64,000 nt of DNA from Geosiphon pyriformis uo1 (Eukaryota; Fungi; Glomeromycota): NCBI GenBank assembly GCA_016748015.1, contig JAAOMT010000223.1, positions 9,754 through 73,753 on the forward strand, given 5' to 3'. The notes below the pieces were generated by a model. That model was given only the letters and a program-made list of their open reading frames with translations. It searched no databases and was not told where the DNA came from. This document shows, one piece after another, positions 14,201-26,400 of the stretch. Numbering within the stretch: position 1 is the stretch's first letter; each line of letters begins with the position of its first letter. Both the position numbers and the translations under genes were made by a program.

Positions 14201-17200
14201 TCCATGCAAGACATCAAATTTACTACAAGTTACAAAAATCTTATCTAACAAGATTTTCAACAAAATTTTTTGGGCAGTCTTGATTAGTGCTATCAGTCTG
14301 GTATTGATAAGAGTCCCTTTCCAATCATATGGCTTTGGTATTATAGAAACCGAAGCATTTTTCCACATATCAGGAACAGCACTTGACATTAGACATGTAT
14401 TGAGTAAGTCCAACAAACCATCCAGAATGTATGTATAACCATGTTTTCACAACTTATTAGGGATATCAGAGAAACCAGCAGCTTTTTTTTAGGCAGATCT
14501 CTAACCACCTGCAAAAACTCATTATTTTTGATAGCATACATAACATCTTAAAAAGCAATGTTGTTGACATAGATTAAAGAGCTATACTAATCAGACCAGT
14601 AAGCAGGCAGAACACTAGAAACCACTTGTTTTTTTGTTCATTCTTCTATAATTGTATTAATTGTGAACTTAACTTTATTAGGCTCCAATATTAACTCATC
14701 ATTTACAATCAAATAGTCCAGTACCACCTTTTGAAAAAGATATTAAAGCATTTCTGATTACATGCTTCTTATCAGAGCTAAAATTCTTCATGTGCTTTTC
14801 AATTGTTTTTCTAATTTGAACATTTCTGGCACTTTCAATTTATGATACTTAGATCTGTGATATCTCTTTTTTATTCTTGACAAGTGATGTAAAATTAAAT
14901 CTAAACAAACCCCATTACTAATTATAATATACAATTTGAAAGCTTTACCATTATCAATATTAGACCAAGCATTGATAAGACAGTTAATCTCCAAGCCTAA
15001 AGACACACTAAAGCACTTTATTATCTTGGCCACCAATAACTTCAAACCAAAAAATTTTGATGATTGTTTATTCCTTGAACACCCAAACTTACTAAACCAA
15101 ACCCTAAAAAACATCTTATTAGCAAATTCCACTACCACCCCCTTTAAAACCCTCTATATAACATTCAAATCTCTACTATCTTTTGCACTATTGAATTCAG
15201 CCAACACCTTTAAAAATTTGCTTAATGAGCATTTTCTAAAATGCAACTATTTATTAAAATTGACATCTTTGAGCCTATATTTCCATTTATCTCTATTAGC
15301 CTGTTTGTAAATGCTATTAAGATAAGCATTCAAGAGGCCATTCAAATTAATAGACACCAAAACAGCTTTGTGATCTATATTAAAAAATTCAGAAACAGAA
15401 ACAATTTTATTATCAGCTACTACAGATAATAAATTATTACTGATAAAAATGTAATCAATGACTTTCTTAACATTTCTTAAGTTGTTCCAAGTAGACATTT
15501 TAATCAGTAAATAACCACAAAAAGAATTGACTAAGTCCAAATCCAAGCAAAACCTAAAACTTGCACTTCTTTTGAATCCACTCTTATTGAAATTTCCATC
15601 CAGAACCATATATGTAGAAAAGTTAACAGTTTTAGTAATAAGAAAGTTAATTTCTAAAGCCTGATTAAATCTGGTTTTAGCAAAAGTGTCAGCATATAAA
15701 CCCAAAATTACAACTGATAGTTTGCTTTTAAAAAAAAGATAAACAGAAACAAGACAACTAGAGATCTTTTCAACCTTGAAAACATGACATGCAAGAGAAT
15801 TGTTTATAATGATTGCCATCTTAGCACCTAGAAACTCTTTGTCTAAGCCAGAAGAAAATATCTTCACTCCATCAAACTTGTTTACAATCCATGGCCTAAT
15901 ATTAGATCTCAACTTCATTTCTGTAACAATAGAAACCACATTACCAAATTTTACATGCCAATGAACAACATTCTTCTGCTTGGCAGAGACATTGATACCT
16001 CAGACATTACACATAGCAAATCTCTATACCAGATTTGTTATTAAGAAGAACAAGTAATGAGAACTAAACCAGTATTGTCTATTTTAGCTGAAAGACCCAT
16101 AACTGTGATTGACAGATTTTTTAAGATTTTTTCTATCTTTAAGATAACCAAAAAATCAAAACCTATTACTTTTACAATAGTCTTACCACCAATGACCACA
16201 CCCAAACTCTCACTTATCACTATATTTGCTCCTTAATTCTGTGATGAAGGAGTCACCAATGGCTGACTTTTAGAATTAAGCTAGAAAACTGTTGATCCAG
16301 ATGTGTTCAATCTCTTAGCCAACTTGTTGATGTATTCTGCAAGGCTGGCAAGACTATGCTTAAGAGCAGCAAACTTATTATTCAATTCAAATAACACTGG
16401 CAGAAAAGATTTCATCTCTGAAAAAAAATCAGGACCTGACAAACTATTACCAGCAGAGAGAGGAGGGAATAAAAACCCACCAACAATTTTTGTCCAAGAA
16501 ACACCACCAAAAAAAATAAGATAAGATATCACTGACCATTTAGCATAAATGAATGCCAGTCTACTTTTATTATTTTCTGACAATACTCTACAAGATAGAC
16601 TATTAGGAGAATTTTTTCCACCCAGAACACAGCTCAAAGATATATGACCAATTCTCTCACAAGATGAAACCAATGCAGTTTGATATCCCTCAGCATTGGC
16701 ATGGTTTCCATTACAGCATCTAGAGATTCAGCAAAGTTAAAGCAAACAACAGCACATCTACTCTGGGAATATAAAACAGGATGATGATCAATAACACATG
16801 TTTTTCTATCCACCAAACCAATAAAGTTTCAAATATCATGAGTATTAATCTTAACAGATAGTGTATAGAGCAAAGTCTTATAGTAATCCCTAACATCTCA
16901 TAATTTTTTGTTTAAATTTGTCCTAGCAATGTGCACAGCATTTTTCTGATCAGAATAGACCATTCTGCAGTGACCAAATCAGCATAATTTAATCACTTAA
17001 ATTCTACCACAGTCTTCTGTTAGAGTTCTACCAACTGCATTTTGATTGATTTAATAATACCAAACTTAAAAAACATAGTGCACACAGCCTCAGTAGAAGT
17101 ACTAATTGGAATTTCTTTCAAAACCACAGCCCAATTAGAACACCTGGCAGATTTTTTAAGATCAGTATTTACCATAATATTTGCATTAGTAGTCTTTTCA

Positions 17201-17948
17201 GTGGCTTTTATTAGATTCAATTTGAAGGTAAATGTCATTTTAATGATCTCTATAAATTTTAAGGAAGTAGACACCCTTTCAAAACTATTGATTTCTGAAA
17301 ACAACTTCTTAATTATGGCATATTTATCTAAAGGCATTTTGCCAACCACCTTATCCAACCCAATATCTAATGCAAACAATTTTTTAACAGAAATATTGAC
17401 CAAATTCTTCAAAGAAGGAGGGAGTTCCAAAGAGCTATTTGAGAAAACATCATCTATATTATTATGACTTGTAAAATTTATCTTTCTTAATGACTTGCCC
17501 AATGCTTTTTAGTTTTGATACTTGGCTTTTTAGATGTCTGATTAAGATTACCATTAGCAAAAACACTACTTTCATCATAGTCAAAGCTGGTTTCCTTTAC
17601 CAAACACTCTTTTTTCATATTAATGCTATCAGACTTGGTGGTATTATCAGTCTTAAAATCTGATAAACAATCATTTGGCTTCTTAGTAGATTTTTTTTTA
17701 TCTCCAATACCCTCTTCTAAAGTATTATCTTTCTTCTTCTTTCTTGACAAAACAGATTTGAAACCTCTACCAGAGCCAGAATCTTCAACAACTTTCTTTA
17801 TAACAGTAATACTAAGGCTAACAATAGTCTCAAAAACAAAAAACAGCTTGATTTTATTGTAATGAATGGTAAAAAAAACTTCTTAAAAAACTCTCTTGAC
17901 TCTTTTTTGGAAATTTGAGATAAATGAAAAAAAAAAGTTTTTTTTATT
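11231..17948 (-). mobile_element. LINE copy A: near full-length, inactivated (ORF1 ~17860-16038; ORF2 APE-RT-RNase H-Zn ~16041-11366)
   Basis: APE motifs (MCNV*GIN, VTEMKL, IDYIF), RT motifs (QGEVFSPLLW, GAFVDN), RNase H (IYTD), poly(A) at ~11232-11240. Possible low-complexity TSD TTTATATAT at 11222-11230 and 17949-17957. Many stops. Confidence 0.9.
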
Positions 17949-18645
17949 TTTATATATTAAAATTATATTAAGTTAAATATTAAAAAAATTTTATTTTATT
18001 TATAAAAAAATTAACCAGTATTATTTTAACAAATTTATTTATTTAAACATTATTTTTTTTGTTAAACTTAATATATTAAAATACAAATAGTTATTATATT
18101 ATTAAAAATATTGTAACTTATTAAAAATTTATTAATATTTGAATAATATATACTGAATTTATTTTTTTGGTTTAATAAACTTTATTATATTATCTGAATC
18201 TTATATCTAAAAAAAACAGAATATTAATTGTTTTAAAAAAATTTTTTACTAATTAGCAAATTTATTAATATATTTATTTTTAAATACACTATTATAATCT
18301 TAAATCTTAAATTAAATAATTTTAAGTTTTTTTAATATATAATATTTGTTATATAATATTATTTTATTTAGTAATAATTATAAAAGTTAAGTAATAATAA
18401 ACATATTTTTAAAATACAAATATTTAAAACTGTTTAATTATTTGAATTTATAACTACTTTGTTAAATAATAAGATATATTTTAAAGCCAAAATTATAATT
18501 TGCAATTTTATTATTGTTAATAATAAACTACAAAACTATTAAAACTAAATAATAAAATTGTTTATTTTAATTATTTTAGACTACTATCTTAATATTATAA
18601 ATAGTGCTTAGACTTTGATGAAGTTCAGTCTTGAAGAGAAAATTA

Positions 18646-19590
18646 TGTTACTAGTAAAATATTAGCCAGTAAATTAGCATGAAATTATTTTTATAATTTC
18701 TATTATTAATTAGCATATATTATTATTATTCAAATTATTACTTATGATTAATTAAAATTATTAAAGATTACTAGTTAATTAATAATCCAATTTATACAAT
18801 AGAAATTAAGATAATTAAATGACATAATATATTGAACTATGTAATATTTAAGAATTTGTAAAAATTTGTAAAATTTACCAAAATAATAAATAGTTTACTA
18901 AAATAGTTAATAGTTTATTAAAATAATTTGTAGTTTGTCAAAATTATAACAAAAGAAAAAGTTTAAGTTTATAAATTAATACTACAACAAATTATATAAA
19001 AGAAGAGCTTCTCTCTTCAAAAAAATATATCTTACTATAAATATCTTATTTTAGATTTATTTTCATTAAAAGTACAATTCAAATAAAAATATTCTTTGAA
19101 ACCTAATTTATAAAATAATTATATTTAATATTCTTCAAAATCCAACTAATATTTTAAAATTAATTAGCTACCAATTTTAGTAAATCATTAATAATTTCAG
19201 ATCTGAATTATAAAACGATTTTCTTAACAAAATCTTATTTCTCTTATATTTTTTTTATTTTTTTTATTTTTTTTTATTATAATTATTAAAGTAGTCTATA
19301 GACAAGATTTTTGTAGAAGAGTTAACTTTTACAGTAAAATAATTACATAGTTTAATGAGCTTCTAAACAAGCAATTTCTGAGAAAAAGTTGATATTTACT
19401 ACAACATAACTACACAAAATAACTGGTACAGAATTGGTCATTTTACTTATAAGTTCAATAATTCAAATTATAAAAGATAATTGAAGATAAATTCAGTTAT
19501 CAGAGGTTCAACTACTTTTAAAAAACGTGAATTTACAGCAAACAAATCTTAATAACATTTTAAAAAAAAGACCAAAAATTTCTGGTAATA
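18646..19590 (+). repeat. Left LTR of old Gypsy
   Basis: Starts TGTTACTAG, ends TCTGGTAATA (decayed GTAACA), followed by a decayed PBS-like TTTAATGTTT. Confidence 0.85.
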
Positions 19591-21629
19591 TTTAATGTTT
19601 TTTTATGGAAATAATACAGTAATAACAACTTCAAAGTAACAACTACAACTGACACAACAACTCTAAAGTATTATTAGTCAATTTACACTTACTGCAAGCA
19701 TAAACTTAACATCCAAGATAGAATTGAAGTTTTCAAAAAATTACTATATTAATACATTAAAAACTATATCAATAATTATTTTTTTGGAAACTATAATATT
19801 TTAGAAGTTAAAAACTATCTCTACAAAAATTTATTACATTATTTTTACTTAGAAACTGAAAATTTTAACAGTAAAACACTCGACACTTACTTTCAAAAAC
19901 TCAACTTTAATATTATTTAATATTGTAAAAAAAATACTTAATACAATCCAAATTTTTTTTGGACATAGAATCAAAACTAAAAATAACAACAAAAAAAAAC
20001 AAAACAAAAACGAAATCTAAAAACAACTTACAACACACCAAGAATAACTGTCAAACATCTACAAACACCTAAACAAAAAATCAGTATCAAATTATTATTT
20101 TCTATTATACTATTTTCAATTTTACTTGCTTAACTGCAAACACCTAATTTAGTTTTTATTTGGTTCTCAAGACCAGAAGATTTTACTTTACCAAAAAACT
20201 CAACATAACAGCCTGAACAAATTTTTACTAATACTAATTTTCTCAATTTCTTAGCAAAAAACCAAAATAATTACTTTGATAATAACAAAAATGGTTTTGA
20301 ATTTACTGAGAAAAAAATTATTAAAAATGAAAATACAGATAAATTAATAACCATTTATATTGCAAAAATTACAGAATTTACACGAAAAAATGCTAACACT
20401 AGTCCACAAAAATGACTTGACAAAGTTTTAAAAGCAGAAAATACAAATAAATAAAATACCATAAGAGTGTTCAAAGCTATTCTTTATTTTTTTTAAAAAA
20501 TGACAGATAAATGATTTGAAAACTTGGCTGAATCTTTTGAAAACTGGCAAACATTTAAAAATGCTTTTTAAAAACAATTTACCAACAATAACATCTTATT
20601 ATTCTCTGAAACCAATTTTAAAACATTAAACAAAAACTTTTTGAATCTGTTATAATCTATTTTGAAAAATTCAACAAACTTTTTTAACAAATTTGACAAT
20701 TAAAAACCAACAAGTATAATTTTAATGCTCAAATTTTGGACTAATTCATTGCTAAATTAAAAGATAAATTGATCAAAAAAGATTATTTCCATGCTTTAGC
20801 AGACTTAATTACAGGTATTTGACATGCAAAAAACTATAAAATCACTATAAAAGAAGCTAATTGCACCAAACTTGTAAATTTTATAATTAAAAAAACTAGC
20901 TTAGCAGCTAAAAAAAATCAAAAATTATTTTATCAATTAACAACAATAGCAGCAACAAAAATATTAGTTTCCATAATATTAAAGTCAAAAAAACTTTGTA
21001 TTATTATTTAACAATTAATCACAAAGCTGTCACTACTGTAAAATTCTAGAATATTGAAAACAAAATTGCAGAAAAATGCAAAAAAACCAACAACAAAAAA
21101 GTAATTAACATTATTTTTAACTTTAACAATTCTATTACCAATCTTTACTATCAACTTATTATTCACCAAGATTTTAATATCAAAACAACTTTTATCAACT
21201 TATTTCACAATTCATTTAACAACAATATCTATAATCTCTAACTTAGCAATATCAAGTATTTGCTCAAAAATTGGTTCAACAAAACCAATTTGCATCTTAA
21301 AACTAATTTACAATAAACAACAACAAATTTAATTTCAACAACTAATTAGTTTCTCAAAATTCAATTCAACAAAAACTCACACATTATTATACTTAATCCA
21401 GCTATTTTATAATACCAGAAAAATTGAAGTTTCAGCAAATTGCACTTTTTAAAAGTAAAAATGCAGTCCCAAGACAAAAATTTTCTAGTAATACAATTCT
21501 ACCAGCCAGAATTATCTAAAATACCAACTTCTAAGACATATTTCTATTCAAATTTGAAGCAAATAAATCACTATTTTTGCTTAACAATGCAGTCATTACA
21601 AAACAAAAAACAATTACAGCTATATACAT

Positions 21630-22622
21630 TGTTACCAGAGGTTTTTGGTCTCTTTTTTTGAATGTTGGTAATGTTTATTTGTTGTGAATTTACGTTTTCT
21701 AGATATGGTTGAACCTCCAGTAACTGAATTTATCTTCAAATTATTTCCTATAATTTGAACTGCTGGGCTTATAAGTAAAATAGCCAATTCCTTGCCAGTT
21801 GCTTTTATGTAGTTACATTGTAGTAAACGTCAACTTTTTCCCAGGAATTGCTCGTCTGGAAGCTCACTAAAAATGTGTAGTTACTTTGCTGTGAAAGTCA
21901 ACTCTTCTACAGGAATTCTCGTCTGTAGGCTACCCTAATGATTATGATAATAAAAGAAAAAAAAAGAAAAAAAAAAGAAAAAAAATGTAAAAGAAATAGA
22001 ATTCTGTCAAGGGAAACGTTTTCTATCCAGGCCTGGAGTCACTAACAGTTTACTGAAATTGGTAGCTAATTAATTTCGAAATGTTAGTTGGGTTTTAGAG
22101 ATTTTCTAAGTGCAATAATTAAATAATTTGGGTTTTCAAATTATTTGATATTTATTTTTTTTTGTGTGTAGAGAAATGGTTCTAAGTAATAAATCTAAAG
22201 TAAAATACATTTTCTCGAAAAAAGAAGCTTTTCTTTTATACAACTTGTTGTAACACTATTCTATGAACTTGAACTTTGCTCTTTTCTACAATTTTGCTGA
22301 ACTAAAGATACATTTCGGTAAACTACAAGTTATTTCTGTGAACTATTAGATATTTCAATGAACTATCAATTATTTCGGCAAATTTTTACAAATTTCATCA
22401 AACTTTTAAATGCTACATATTTCGAGATATTGCATGATTGATCATTGCACTTAGGTTACATTTGTGTTATGTACAAATTGGGTTATTAATTAAATGATAA
22501 TTTTGAACATTTTTTGCTAATGTAATAAGTGATAATTTGAAACGATAATATATGCTAATTAATGATAAAATTTATAAGGGTAATTTTATGCTAAACAGTA
22601 TCTCTAATTTCGTCTAGTAACA
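21630..22622 (-). repeat. 3' LTR of young Gypsy (993 bp)
   Basis: Direct repeat of 29771-30751; the polypurine tract GAGGAGGAGG (22635-22626, -) precedes it. Confidence 0.95.
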
Positions 22623-23310
22623 TAACCTCCTCCTCAAGACTGAGCTCTGTTGAAGTCCAAGTACTGTCTGTAATTTCCAGATAATAATCCAAAATTATTG
22701 AAGAAATTTGGTCTGAAAATTGTTGAAATTTCAGTTCTGTGAGCTTTCCAATGTATTGAATCTTCAAAGATTGTAAAATTGGGTTTTGTAGGACGTTTTT
22801 ACAAGTGTAGAATAGGTCATAAAGTTTAAGAGCAGTTCTTAATTTATAGTGACTGTTTGTAGGTCCAGCTGTTGTTTTGAATTCATTATGAAGTTGTTTT
22901 TGAATAGCTTCTTTTGTGAGGTTTGCTGCTGTAAGTTCCCGTTTTCATTCATGAAGTGTTTTTTCAATGTAGAAATATCTATATATTAAAGTATAGTCGT
23001 GGTTTTCTTCATTAAGACACAGTTGAAGTTTTTGTTGAATAATAGCATTTGGTGGAATACTAATAGGAATGGACATTAAATTTTCTCTTAAAGCAAGTTT
23101 CAAGAGTTCTGGTAGATAAATTCCAGAGTAACTTCTTGTGTTTTTTTTGTAGGGGTGATAATTTCGTGAATTTGGGGCTAAATTGGCAACTATTTCTGTT
23201 TGGGTATAATTAATATGTTTTCCTGTAATAGTGATAGATAATTCGGGTATTGTCTTTAAAGCTAGCATTAATTTTTGAGATATTTGTTGAATATTTTAAG
23301 GGATAGTCAT
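22591..23310 (-). pseudogene. Gypsy 3' accessory ORF3 (~239 aa, unknown function)
   Basis: MTIP*NIQQISQKLMLALK...LHE*KRELT...LYDLFYTCK...SLEEEVMLLDEIRDTV*. Two stops, both explicable as C>T. A homolog lies in the old copy at ~42569-43290. Confidence 0.75.
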
Positions 23311-23455
23311 TATAAAATTTTGAGTGAGAAAAATAGATTGAAATTATTTTTGGTATGTAAGTTTTTATGTTATTTTTGTCTTTCTGTGTATTTTGTTTTG
23401 TTTTGTTTTTGTGAAATTATTTTTAAATTATAAGGGAATAACTAGTAAAATTAAA

Positions 23456-26400
23456 TTAAGTGTTCAAGTTGGACGGTTGTTCAATGACAACTATTGGTTC
23501 TAAGTTTTGGAGAATATCTTTGGGATTGACTATAAGAGAATGTGTACCAATTTGTGGAATTAATGGTTTAGGATTGTTTCTGGAATGATAGTGTTTTAAA
23601 CGATCTCTATGTGCAACTTTTGCTAGGATTTTGTTATCAAGTCTTAACTTGTATGATTTATTGCCTAGTATTTCATAGATAAAAAATGGTCCATCCCATT
23701 TATTTTCAAATTTTCCACTCCATTGTTTTTCAGCTTTAGTTCTGTATAGGAAAACTTTGTTTCCAACTTTAAAATTATTGGTAACTAGAGGCAATTTGTT
23801 GTTATGCCATTCTTTTTGTTGAGTTTGGAAGTGTTCAATATGGGTGGCTGCTTTTCGTCGTCTTTCTTCCAACATGCTGAGAAGTGTGTAGGCTCTTCAT
23901 TGAAGTGTTTCTTGGAAATTGTTTTCATCAATTGGTTGTGCTGGATATGTTTTTATTGTGAAACTAATTAGTAATGTTGCTGTCCTTCCATAAGTTAGAT
24001 CAAATGGTGTGTGTTTTGTGGTATTTTGTTTTAGTGTTCTGTATGCTAGTAACACTAATGGAATAAAGATATCCTACTTTTGCTCAAAATCGGTTGAGAC
24101 TTTGGCTAATGACTCACACAATGTTCTGTTAAAACGTTCCACGAGTTCATTTGTTTGTGGATGGTAGAGTGAAGACAGAGGTCTTTTGACATTGAATTGT
24201 TCATAAATTTTTTGTATTAGATTGTTCACAAAATGTGTCTCCTGATTGGATATCAGTGATAATATCGAATTTCTTTGGCCAAAGATAAAAGTTGAAATGA
24301 TGTAGGGCCCAAATTACAGCTGCTGTTTCCAATTCAGTGGCAAGATAATTTTTTTCAGCTGGTTTTAATGTTCTGCTAGCATAGGCAATTACTCGCTCAT
24401 TTCCATTGTCATCCAGTTGTGATAGGATAGCACCAAAGGCAGTATAAAAGGCATCTGTTGCTAATTAGAATCAGTTGCTAAAATTTGGGTAGGCAAGAAT
24501 TGGAGCTGTCATTAATTTTTCTTTGAGAATTTCAAATGCATTTTGGCATTCAGCAGTCTATTTGTATTCGACGTTTTTGGTAGTAAGCTGGTTGAGAGGT
24601 TTTGCAATTTCTGAGAATCTTTTGATAAACTTCCGATAGTAGGAGGCTAATCCTATGAATCCTTTTAGTTTTGTAGTGTTTTGAGGAGTTTTAAAGTTTT
24701 TGACAGTGCTAATTTTTCTAGGGTCCGGTTTGATTCCATCTTTACTAATGATGTGACCAAGGAAGACCAGGCTTGTTTTTCCAAAGTAGCATTTTTTGAT
24801 ATTGAGTTTTAGTCCTGCTTTTTGTAATTGTTGAAAAACTTCTCGCAGGTGTTTTAAGTATAATTCGAATGATAGAGAATAAACATCAGTATTGTCAAGA
24901 TAAATGACTACTGACTTCCAAAGGAGTTCTTGGTACACAACATCTATTAATCTCTGAAACATTGCTGGTACATTGCATAATCCGAAAGGCATTACATTGA
25001 ATTCGTAATTTCTGCCTTGGGTAGTAAATGCTGTTTTGGGGCGATCTTTGGGATTCATAGTAACTTGTCAGTAACCACTTTCTAAATCTAGTGTTGAAAA
25101 GTATTTGTATTTTCCCAGGGCATCTAACATGTCATCAATTTGGAGAAAGGAATAGGCATCTCCAATTGTAACACTGTTGAGTTGTTAATAGTCAACACAA
25201 AATCGTATCTTTCCATTTTTCTTTTTAATTAGCACTACAGGTGAAGCCCAAGGATTCATGAAGGGTTGGATGAGCCCATTGTTAAGCATTCATTGTATTT
25301 CTTCTCGAATGAATTGGTGGCTTTCTGGAGCAACTCGGTAGACTTGTTGTCACCTTGGTTTGGCATCTCTTATGTAGATTTGATGTTGAACCAAATTGGT
25401 TCTTCCTAAGTCATTGTTGTTTTTGGCAAAAATATCAGCAAATTCTGCAATTAGCTCTTTGAGCTGGTTTTGTTGTTGTGGTTCAAGTTGTCCCATGTTG
25501 ATTCGATATAGTTTTTCCATGACAACATGGTAGTTTTCAGAGCTGAAATTTGGGTTGATTTTTGGTAGTGAATGTCCAATAATCTCAAAGAAATTGGGGA
25601 CTGTTTGAGGTAATTCTTGCTGAAATATATTACTGTGAATAACTCCAATTTCTAAATTATTTAATAAAACTATGGAGTAATTATTGGGGTTGTAAAAAAT
25701 AACTTGGACTTTCTTTGTTCCTTTTGGAATATAAATGTTTGGGATCGAAATATTATGTTCTAAGCAGACTTGTTTATTGGACTCAAAAATTTGTTGTATG
25801 GTTGTTGGCTTTGGGCAGATGTAGATTTCTGGATGTTCTCCAAAGAGTGAAATAGTAATTGGTTGTGGAAGTCTGAGAATCTGGTGGGATTCATTCTGTG
25901 TGTTAAGAGCTATATTAACTGGAACTGTGAATCGTCCAGTTGAACCAAAACCTTGGGTTCCTCTATTGCTTTTTCCTAATTGTTCTCTTTGATTGACTAG
26001 TTGCAAACCCGAAATGTTGATTAGGGGTAAATAAATAGCTTGGGCAATTTTTTCAGCATGTTTGATTTTGAATGATTTGTCAGCTTCATTTTGAAGCATT
26101 ACTGTAATGTCTCCAGTATATCCAGCATCAATTATTCCTCCTTTGACATTGATTCCTTTGCTTGCCAAAGAGGACTGAGAGGCAATTTGAATCATTGCTC
26201 CTGGCGGGATTTTGAGTGCAATTCTGAGATTGATTTTTGTGAGAGATTTGGGTTTAAGAACAAAAGTATTCTTGTCTGGATATCTTAGGTTATATTCAGC
26301 ATCAATTTCATGTGCTTTTTTGGGTTTTATTCTTTGTCTGTTGTTGTTGAAGTATTTAAGTTGTAAGGCAGGCTGATTTTCAATAAGATAGATGGGTGTT

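Noticed and set aside
13032-17862. Plus-strand ORFs over LINE A, and similar antisense ORFs over the Gypsy and LINE B
   Set aside because: Shadows of the transposon reading frames with no independent motifs.
22591-23310. env gene
   Set aside because: Short, with no signal peptide, furin site or TM anchor visible.
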